The translations under genes were made by a program, and so were the position numbers. Source: Corallochytrium limacisporum Hawaii (Eukaryota > Protista > Pluriformea). Taken from it: a stretch of DNA of 64,000 nt. The notes below the pieces were generated by a model. The model saw only the letters and a list, made by a program, of their open reading frames with translations, made no database searches and had not been told where the DNA came from. Position 1 is the first letter of the stretch. The number at the start of each line of letters is the position of its first letter. Below are positions 55,759 to 64,000 of the stretch, in pieces. Location: assembly GCA_002811645.1 (NCBI GenBank), contig PDIP01000051.1, positions 17,722 through 81,721 on the forward strand, in the 5' to 3' direction.

Positions 55759-56670
55759 TCTTCCTTACGTATCGACCGACTAAAGTATTAATTCCAGGTG
55801 CTTACATGTTTCCCTGTCGCATGATACGCAGCTTGAACGATGTTAACCGTCTCATTTACAACCATCGCTGCCCCCGAAACTTGCTACCACAATCTCACAC
55901 GCTACGTGAAGCATGGGTATAACCAAGACTCGTAATCTCGGCACTTGGACATAAATACCGTAAACTACGAACCAAATGATTCCGTAAGAAACTCGTGAAC
56001 TCATAAACAAAGGTGGCACACTCTACCACCTTGTTCCGCTTTCAATGCCAACTGTCGCAACAAAGTGGATTGTGACCCGACGGAGGACCCCCCGGGATTT
56101 TGGGCCCCTGTCGTGCTGCGAGCGCAGCTTCACAGTCCGAACCCTTCCCGCCAGAAAAGAATGTAGACTCCCCTTGCGGTCGTTAAATAGGCCCCGGTTA
56201 GTAAGCGCATTCGGTCGGCCGGGTTTCCACGGCGGCCCGCGTTTCATTTCACCGCCAGCCGGGCCGCGAGTGAGAGACGACGATTGCATTGAGCGCAAAA
56301 CAACGACGAAACGAAAACAGCCGATGATTGGGATCCATTCCAGCATGGAGGTATCGCTCTCCGTAAGAATCCGAGCACCTCATGCACGACTGTGGCGCAC
56401 AAACTGCCGGAACGAGCGCTACAGAGGCAGATAAGGAAGATGGCTTCACTAGGGTCAACGCACAAGACCAAAACAAACCAAGCGACCATACTAATGGTCT
56501 TGGGCACATCATGATGATGTAACGCGCTTACTGGGTCTTCTCACAAAGCAGAATTTATCAAGGTGGCCTTTCATAAGATTAATTAGTATTAGTATTAAAA
56601 TGGAAAATTGGTAAACTGTTTGTCCAACAGGGTGTAATCAACAGCAAGTCAAGTTTCATCCGTTGGTGAT

Positions 56671-59600
56671 TCATGACTCAATCGCAGGAGCTGTCGTAAG
56701 CGTACCAGCAACTCCATTTGTTGGGTACGCACTCAGCATGTCCACAATACCATTCAATCGAGTGCTAAGGCCAGCCTGTAGCTCTTGCATCGATCGTTGG
56801 TGGGCCTTCCTGAGATCACGGTTCTCCCGTTGAAGCTGAGCATTGCGGTCCTCAAGCTCCCAAACGCGCGCATTTGAGCTGCCGAGCTGCTGCTCAAGCT
56901 CGATCACGCGTCGCTGGAGCATAATCAAGTCAAGGTCATGCTTCTTGCCTTGCTGTTCAGCATGTTCCTTGCTCACCAGGCGTTCATTCAGGTACGACTG
57001 CGCGTTCTTGGTCATGGACAAGTGACGATGGCGACCGCCGTGGTCTTCCACTCCCAGGAACGAACTGGACGGTTTGCGGGACGTTGCAGAGGCAGTCCCT
57101 CCAAGTGGAGAGGCCGCGTCACCACCACCGTTGGTCACAACGGACCGCGGAGATGTTGCAATGGAGCTGGCCTCCGTACCATTCGAATCAATGCGCGCCA
57201 GCGGATTTGTGTACTTGGATGTGAGACGGTGGCTGTTGCCTCCTGTGGTCGTAATCATCAGATCGCTGACGTTGATGTGCATTGCATCAGTCATCATGCG
57301 CCGACCTTTGGCCCTGTTGATGGCTGCCACATTCTGGCGCGGAAGGCCACGGCCCATGGTCTTGGTTGAAGCTGAGCCTGGCGATCCACGTCCCTTATTC
57401 ATGAGCGAGTCCAGATTTACCATGCCCGCATTACTGCCGTGATCAGTAACAGCAACGATAGCATTGTTTTCCTTATTCTGGTCCTTGCTCTCCGTATCTG
57501 CGGTTGTTGCCACTGAGGCAGTGTCGCTGTCATTGCCTAGCCCTTTCAGGGTCATCTGTTGGCTCATGGCCACGCTAAGATCTTCAATCACACGCTGAAG
57601 TTCGGCATTGACACGGTTGATTTCGGCTTCAATAACCTTTTGGTCATCGTTCCTGTCAACATCGCTGGTGCCATCCTTCGGAGCAGGGGAGCCGGTGGCG
57701 CTGCCATTAGTAGATGCACAAATGCGGCGCTTGGCCTGGCTCACGTTGCGACTGACCGAGGCATTGGTGCCCAGGCTACCGCTGCGGCTGAGTGAATCGA
57801 GAGTCACAGAGTCCAAGCTTGGGTCTGTGTCTTCCATGGCACGTAGGATTTGGCGCAAACGTTCCGCGTCCATGAGAGGCTTGGTAGTTCCTGGAGCTGC
57901 GTATGAGGCCACACGTTGCCGACTGACAGCAGCTGCACGACCTGCACTGGGACGGCGATGCAACTCGGCCTTCATTTGGTTCGTAAGACGCTCCACCATC
58001 TGTCCACGGGTGATGAATGAAGACTTACGGCTCACTGAAGCCGCGGTCTCCTTGTGCAGTTCCTGCTGCTGCTGCTGATCAAGTATAATCTGCATCTGTT
58101 CCGTGCCGGAACTGTGGCGCTTCCTCGAAGTTTTGCGGTTTTTGCCCTTCTTTGAAAGTAGGCCACCACCGCTACGACTGCTGTAGTAGGCACTATCCTC
58201 ATCTTCGTCATCGAAGGTCGCGGTATCTCCGGCAAGGGACATCGTTTCCCCATCGCTCCTGCCGCCGTACAGCCCACCGCTGGCCGATTTCTTGCGTGCA
58301 GAGTTCCGGCGGAACAATGATCCCAAAGATGCCTTCGATGATCGCTCTTTCATGGATTTGACGCTGCCGTTACCGTCCTTGTCTCCACTGCGCCGCATGT
58401 TCACGTGCATGCTCTGCACGGAATAGAGGGACTCCGAACTTTCATTGAAGGCTGCGTCTTCAATCGTGTCCTTCGGTAACTTGGCACCCCGCAGACGTAA
58501 TGAATTGAAAGCACTCATGCGACTGTTGCGACGGTTGGAGGAACCGTTCTTGGCTCCCGGACCGCCGTTGGTGGCCCCTTCGCCACGATTGGTCATGGAT
58601 TTCATTGACGTCATACTGCTGCGGCGAGTTAAGCTGGGTGTCATACTGCCACCCGCATGATACGTGACATTACGGTTGGATGGTGATCCGTCCAGGGTGC
58701 CGGTCTCGGCCTCGTAATCGTCCCTACCCTGCAGTTCCTCCGGCACAATTGGCACGGAGAACAGGTCGTGCTCCACCAACCCTTGCAAATGCTCCAGGAA
58801 TGCTGCCTTGTTTCCCTTGCGGAATTCATAGAAATGCTGATCACCTTGGTAATATAGGCACATCAATTTGTTCCAGTATGGGTGATTGGTGGCCGGAAGG
58901 GCCTCTCCTGGTTCCCTATTCAGGTCCACGGACGGTGCGTTTTCGAGCACAAATATTTCTGTGAGAGGCACGCTGTGGGCATACTTCCAATTTTTGTTGG
59001 AGATCAACGAGTTCTTGAGGGCCACGAGCAGGAGATCGTTAAATAAATATAGCTGCCCAGCCAATGGCTTTGGGTCCAGCATCTTCACGTCCGCGACTGT
59101 AATCAACCGACGGCTGCTGGTGACAGTCTGCGGCGGCAAATTATCAATCTCCATGGCCAGAGTCAGCATTTGTTTGTATGACGATCCCTTTGATTCACTT
59201 TCATTTACTACAGATGCTTCAGCACTGAATGCCCGTAGAGCCTTATGCAAATCTTCATAGTCCGGATGGTCCACGTCTGTGCGTTTGATGATGGCTTCCA
59301 GACACAGCTTGTATTGCACACTTCGCTGAATAGGTTTGATCAGCAGGTCCTTCAACGTCTTCTTCTCCAATTCTGGCCTTTGTTCGCAACGCTTGATGAG
59401 TTCGCCAACCTGCGGCACTGTTTTCATGTAGTGGTCCAGTTTGGCCAGAGATTGCTGATAGAACATACCGTAACTGCTCAATGCCTTCATGACCTCAGCA
59501 ACATGCTTGAGTAACACATCACCAATGGCCACATCCTGAAGACCGTCACCTACCCGAGTCGCAAGCTCCTCGTTCATAGCACCATTGGCCTTAAGGATGC

Positions 59601-59820
59601 TCTTGTAGTTTCCAAAGACCTGAGTAATAATGTCCCGGTAAAGGTAACTCTGTGACTCGACCACCATGTTGGCGAGATCTGTAATAGGTGTAACGAAGCA
59701 GTCATTCATCAAGATCATTGTTGACAGGAACGTGTGTTCACTGTTGAGAAAGTCTGCGATTGGTTGCATCCGCCTCGGGATGGCATCCATTTCCTCGAAG
59801 GGTACTTCCTTCCCAGACAT
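56671..59820 (-). CDS. Dbl-family Rho guanine nucleotide exchange factor (DH-PH) with Ser-rich tail and C-terminal coiled coil
   Basis: DFLNSEHTFL, VFGN...I, IGDVLL, LKDLLIKPIQR..QYKLCL, DHPDYEDL, PH motif LYLFNDLLLVA. First ATG 59820; the ORF track starts at GTG 59883. Confidence 0.9.
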   Translation of the reverse strand: MSGKEVPFEEMDAIPRRMQPIADFLNSEHTFLSTMILMNDCFVTPITDLANMVVESQSYLYRDIITQVFGNYKSILKANGAMNEELATRVGDGLQDVAIGDVLLKHVAEVMKALSSYGMFYQQSLAKLDHYMKTVPQVGELIKRCEQRPELEKKTLKDLLIKPIQRSVQYKLCLEAIIKRTDVDHPDYEDLHKALRAFSAEASVVNESESKGSSYKQMLTLAMEIDNLPPQTVTSSRRLITVADVKMLDPKPLAGQLYLFNDLLLVALKNSLISNKNWKYAHSVPLTEIFVLENAPSVDLNREPGEALPATNHPYWNKLMCLYYQGDQHFYEFRKGNKAAFLEHLQGLVEHDLFSVPIVPEELQGRDDYEAETGTLDGSPSNRNVTYHAGGSMTPSLTRRSSMTSMKSMTNRGEGATNGGPGAKNGSSNRRNSRMSAFNSLRLRGAKLPKDTIEDAAFNESSESLYSVQSMHVNMRRSGDKDGNGSVKSMKERSSKASLGSLFRRNSARKKSASGGLYGGRSDGETMSLAGDTATFDDEDEDSAYYSSRSGGGLLSKKGKNRKTSRKRHSSGTEQMQIILDQQQQQELHKETAASVSRKSSFITRGQMVERLTNQMKAELHRRPSAGRAAAVSRQRVASYAAPGTTKPLMDAERLRQILRAMEDTDPSLDSVTLDSLSRSGSLGTNASVSRNVSQAKRRICASTNGSATGSPAPKDGTSDVDRNDDQKVIEAEINRVNAELQRVIEDLSVAMSQQMTLKGLGNDSDTASVATTADTESKDQNKENNAIVAVTDHGSNAGMVNLDSLMNKGRGSPGSASTKTMGRGLPRQNVAAINRAKGRRMMTDAMHINVSDLMITTTGGNSHRLTSKYTNPLARIDSNGTEASSIATSPRSVVTNGGGDAASPLGGTASATSRKPSSSFLGVEDHGGRHRHLSMTKNAQSYLNERLVSKEHAEQQGKKHDLDLIMLQRRVIELEQQLGSSNARVWELEDRNAQLQRENRDLRKAHQRSMQELQAGLSTRLNGIVDMLSAYPTNGVAGTLTTAPAIES

Positions 59821-61181
59821 GGCTGACCGGTTCCTCGAAGTCCTTGATCCGTTTCCTATAGTTGCTGTTATATCTACTGACACGTTCGTTATGTCCCCTT
59901 GGTTCGCGAATATAACGAGATATTGCTATCTGTGTTCTGCTTCAAGCTTGAAATAGTTCCCTTTTTGTATAATCTTGCTCGTTTGGTACTCCGATCGCTA
60001 GATCAATCCCAAAAGTACCAACGCCATAAATTCGATCTTTCTAAAATTTCGTATTTCTATCATATGCTAGTGGCCCGGTATCACATCAATTTCTCACATC
60101 GCTCCCGGTTTCTATTTACATGCCCAAACATACAGTCCGCACGACGTCTCCGACAGGCAGTCACTAACCAACCGTTCGACACGAACAACAACACCCTCTA
60201 TACACACACACATACACGAACAGCTACCATGATTATAGCGTCACGTCTACCGAAATTTCGATCGTTATTTCTGAAACCATTTCAGGGCCGGTAGCCAAGC
60301 AAAAGAGAAATCCACCAGGCACGGGTGATTCAGTGTCCCACCACCATCCCCCCCCCAAAAAAGTAAAACTTGTCCGGCGGGTTCTCCGCGAACTGAGAAA
60401 AGTACAAACAGAGCGAGAGAAAGGGCAAAAAAGGAGAGTAGAGAATATACTGGACCGACTCTCCATACCGGCTTAGCGCCGCTGGCAAGGGCCGAGTGTT
60501 TGGACCCTCGTCCTTCGACGGTCGGATCCACATTCTGTCGCCCCGTTGCGTGGAGAACCGCTGTGGTAATACAGGGGAAGGGGTGCCGGAAAAGTGACGA
60601 GTGGGTGGTTGTCTTGCTTTTTCGGGAAACATGCAGTACATTCACAACCGGAAATTTTGGCGGGAAAGAATTGAAGGGGTGAGAACCGCCGCCCACGAGC
60701 TTGCTTGCAAGAAGGGTTGCCTGCTGCCCATCCCCTCCCCCCTGCGGCTTGGGTCCGGGGCCGACTTTTCTCCATGGCCACCCTCCCACTACCTCCTTCT
60801 CACCACCGCCCCACCCCCGGGGGAAGGTCTGTACCATTAAAATACGCACAGTATATTTTCTATAGTGAACACACCCCACCGGAACCAGGGCGCTCATTCC
60901 GCTCCTGCACTGAGTACGTGTTTGCCCCCCACTGGCTTCCAATAGGGGCCTATTTTCGGGCTTTTATTTGTATACATCAGTGGTGGGTTACCGTCCCCCT
61001 GGGTTTGGTGGCTAGGCAATGCGTTTTCACATGGACCGGACCTACGACCCCAATCTCTACAGATTTGGAACCCCAACGGAGAAGGACAAGCAGAAAGGGA
61101 TTCTGAACGGCACTACGCAGTGCCACATCGTACAGTGATGCAACGATATGGATCTAACAACGGCAAAACTCTTCTATTGTT

Positions 61182-63356
61182 CTAACGGTAGTGCTTCTTG
61201 CGACTGTTTCGCAGTTTCTCTAGCTTCGCGAGCTCCTTGTGGCCCCGCTTCTTCTTCCCCTTGATTCGCGCAGAGTGCGCAATCATCTGGAACAGCTTTG
61301 TCACCTTCTTGTCCTTGTTGGTTAGACCGGCAGAACGGGATTTCAGACGGGTCTTCTTGTTGCCACCGAACTTGGTGGCTTCCTCACCGTCCTTTGTAGC
61401 CTTGGCATGGGCAATGCGTTCCTCACGCTCCTGTTTGGCCTTCTTGGCGATGGCAGTAATGTCCTTCGGATCCACAATGCCTGTGCCATCCGCTTCCTCA
61501 GCCTCCTTCAGACCGCGCTTCTTTTTGCCGCGACGATTTGTCTTGTCGAGCATCACACTCGTCTGCAGGCGTTTGATCCGTTTAAAGTCCTCATCGGTGA
61601 GTGCGCGTGACATCAGCAAGTTCCGAGCCTCCTGCTCGCGCTCTTCTTCCGTTTCCTCCATGTCGGCATTTTGTTCATTATCGGCATTTGGAGCAGACTT
61701 AGACGGTCCGCTCTGATCTTCCTCATCGTCACTAGAATGGCTAATATCCACCCACGACCCCTCGCTGTCAGTGTCACTCGCGCTTTCCCAGCCGTCCTCC
61801 ACTTCATCCTCCAGAGCCTCGGGACCAAGCTCCCCCCGTGCCACGGCCTCGGCTTTGGCCTGACGCTCCGCTTCGTAAGCCGCAAGAAGGTCGACACCTT
61901 CGATGGTTGACTTTACCTGTGCTGCTCCATACTGCAGCGGCTTGCCCTCACCGTTCATGGTGGCCACCGAACCGGCCAGACCGCGGTCCTTCCGGCGCAG
62001 AAGCTCCGGATTCACGTCCTGGAAGAGCTTCATAAGACTTTTCGCTGCAACGCTGACATTCTTGTCTTTGTGTCGACGATATTCGACCAAGTCCTGCAGG
62101 AGCTCTGCTGTCATAGCCGTCGGTTGACGCAGCGAGATCTCACGGATCGCATTCAGACCAACAGCCATGACTTCGCCTGTGCAGCGGTCGTTAACAAAAT
62201 TGTCAGCCAAAGCTCTGATCACGGGCTCCACAACGTCAGGGGGCACATCTCTGTGGCAGGCTTGGGCCACATCTGCCATGATTTGCGTAACTTCCTGCTG
62301 ATGTGGCTGAAGATAACGCACAATCCACTGGTAAAAGTTCAGGACCAGCAAGTGGTGGATGCCAATGATGCGAGTCAATAGATTGATCTGCAATAGCTTG
62401 ACCTCAAACCGCAGATTTCCATCCCTGCTCTCCTTAAACAGTCGCTCTGCGGTTTCCTGTGGATTGTGTAGCAGTTGGATGGCAATGGACGGATTCGCAA
62501 TACCCGACTTCTTTCCGCCTTGCTCTTGCTGATGTTGTTTCTTTACGACTTCTTTAACATTGCTCTTGAGCTGTTTCTTCTTCTTGCGCGTCTTTTTGAC
62601 GTGGCTGAATGCGGCGTATAGTTCGCCTGCGCTCTGTTTCTTCTCGTTATCGTCATCTTCATCGTCCAAGCCCTGGGCCGCACGGTCGAGTCCGAGGAAA
62701 AATTTTAGCGACGCTATCTTCAACTTCATAACCGGGCTCCACAGAGCACTTGCAATGACATTAACAGTCTTGGCATCGTCCCAGACTTGTTTGCGATAGA
62801 GATCGACCATGACATCGAGACACTTCTTAGCCGCCTGAGGGTCTGCACTGCTGAGGTGCCCGTGCATGTAATTCTGCAGTCGCTTGTTCAAATTTGGATT
62901 CTTGGCCTTCTGGTTCATCAGTTTGACGTCGCTGACAATGTGCAGATGAAGCATGGTACGAAGGGCCTTATCCTGTACCTCGAACAAATTGAAGAACAAT
63001 TCGAGCGTGCTGGCGGCATCAACTAGTTTCCGGTTTCTGAGGATCATTAGGCACTTACACAAAATTCCGCGAATATTGCTCTGAAGGAGTGCCGCCCGTT
63101 CCTCCAGTACTTCGACGATGGCCCGACTGTACTCAGGGACAACCTTTGGATAGCATGGGGCTGTATGTGCCAGGAACATGGACACTTCCGCAAGCTTGTC
63201 TCCGGCGTCAGTGGGATTCAGGCGCAAAACTTCCATTTGGCTCTGGAACTGCCGATATTGCTGCTCAAATTCCTTTTCGTATGTTTGCGGATCCCGACGG
63301 ATAAGGTTCTGCAGCTGTGGTAGGTTGTTAGGTAGCTTGTTGTTCTGCCGTCCCAT
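61182..63356 (-). CDS. SDAD1: SDA1 60S ribosome biogenesis protein
   Basis: NNLPQLQNLIRRDP, WDDAKTVNVIA, YLQPHQQEVT, NFVNDR...EVMAVGLNAIRE, LRRKDRG, TNKDK..K.FQM. Confidence 0.96.
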   Translation of the reverse strand: MGRQNNKLPNNLPQLQNLIRRDPQTYEKEFEQQYRQFQSQMEVLRLNPTDAGDKLAEVSMFLAHTAPCYPKVVPEYSRAIVEVLEERAALLQSNIRGILCKCLMILRNRKLVDAASTLELFFNLFEVQDKALRTMLHLHIVSDVKLMNQKAKNPNLNKRLQNYMHGHLSSADPQAAKKCLDVMVDLYRKQVWDDAKTVNVIASALWSPVMKLKIASLKFFLGLDRAAQGLDDEDDDNEKKQSAGELYAAFSHVKKTRKKKKQLKSNVKEVVKKQHQQEQGGKKSGIANPSIAIQLLHNPQETAERLFKESRDGNLRFEVKLLQINLLTRIIGIHHLLVLNFYQWIVRYLQPHQQEVTQIMADVAQACHRDVPPDVVEPVIRALADNFVNDRCTGEVMAVGLNAIREISLRQPTAMTAELLQDLVEYRRHKDKNVSVAAKSLMKLFQDVNPELLRRKDRGLAGSVATMNGEGKPLQYGAAQVKSTIEGVDLLAAYEAERQAKAEAVARGELGPEALEDEVEDGWESASDTDSEGSWVDISHSSDDEEDQSGPSKSAPNADNEQNADMEETEEEREQEARNLLMSRALTDEDFKRIKRLQTSVMLDKTNRRGKKKRGLKEAEEADGTGIVDPKDITAIAKKAKQEREERIAHAKATKDGEEATKFGGNKKTRLKSRSAGLTNKDKKVTKLFQMIAHSARIKGKKKRGHKELAKLEKLRNSRKKHYR

Positions 63357-64000
63357 GTTTGCTATGTGTTGTCTGTAATTTATCTATGCCTTTGTTCAGA
63401 ACTGCTAAGGTTTGTTCTACGAAGTGGAATCCCCCACGTGTGTTGGGCGTTTGATTTGGTATTCGTCGCTCCCCTTGGGAAATATTTTACATGTTTGCCC
63501 GCATAGTTACACTGATCTCGATCTTCTTTTCTGCAACCCTGAAACGATTTGCGAATGGCGAACTATATATTTGGAATTCTGACACAACTCCCGAATTTGC
63601 TCACTTACATTAGTGCCCAATATACCTCTCCCGTCTCGATCAGAAAGGCAGTCCCCATATGATACAGTTCACAGTGATTGGTGTCATTTCCGTCTCATGC
63701 GGGCAGCTCTGTCCTTGTGGCTCCACTATAGTTTTGGTCACATTGCGAGTACAACCAGCTGCGCTCCTAACGGGCCTTGAACGGCGACACGTTCCCAACC
63801 CTCTTGGTGGTCCGGTCCACATTCTATTCCACGCGGGTCAGCTCCGGTCGCACCTGCACGGGCGGGTTTTTGCAGAGCGCCCCCATCCCCACCCCCTCCC
63901 CTGGGCGGCCCGTGTCATCAAATCACGAACATATACTGAGTACCAACCTCTGTTCAATAAAAAAGTGCATAATTTACATTATGGTTTGAAAGCTTCGTTT

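Noticed and set aside
56000-56350. GC-rich structured-looking stretch with minus-strand GGGAAGGGTTCGGACT, resembling RNase P CR-I
   Set aside because: No complementary CR-V/P4 partner found downstream; more simply the promoter of the pseudokinase gene.
1-64000. CRISPR arrays, transposons, rRNA, snRNA
   Set aside because: No repeat-spacer arrays, transposase or reverse transcriptase motifs, terminal repeats, or rRNA/snRNA signature sequences seen. Content inside the N gaps cannot be assessed.

Overview
Eukaryotic nuclear DNA in which every gene reads as one uninterrupted ORF, with no sign of introns. Genes are separated by short spacers or by about 5 kb microsatellite- and homopolymer-rich spacers, and there are three N gaps. 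The window has 15 complete protein-coding genes and one partial gene at the left edge. The complete ones are AP-3 delta, type II NADH dehydrogenase, a CxxS thioredoxin-like protein, HMG-CoA synthase, Psd2-type phosphatidylserine decarboxylase, PHYHD1, an alpha/beta-hydrolase::WS/DGAT-like fusion, TBC1D23, a tau-tubulin kinase, a selenocysteine thioredoxin reductase, TMEM42, a 7TM CREST-like protein, GAS8/DRC4, a pseudokinase::C2 protein, a DH-PH RhoGEF and SDA1 (16 names, counting the TTBK AUG-initiated form as complete). There is also one tRNA-Leu(UAG). The gene mix suggests an intron-poor unicellular opisthokont or holozoan (inference). The main signals the ORF track misses are: (1) a 628-codon in-frame extension of the TTBK gene inside a 2.17 kb stretch with only one AUG in any frame, pointing to non-AUG initiation with leaky scanning; (2) a truncated, stop-riddled remnant resembling the axonemal ruler gene CCDC39, while GAS8 is intact; (3) UGA recoding (GCUG end) of TrxR with a candidate non-canonical SECIS; (4) two unusual domain fusions; (5) two recurrent intergenic motifs. 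All homology calls come from motif recognition, not from database searches.
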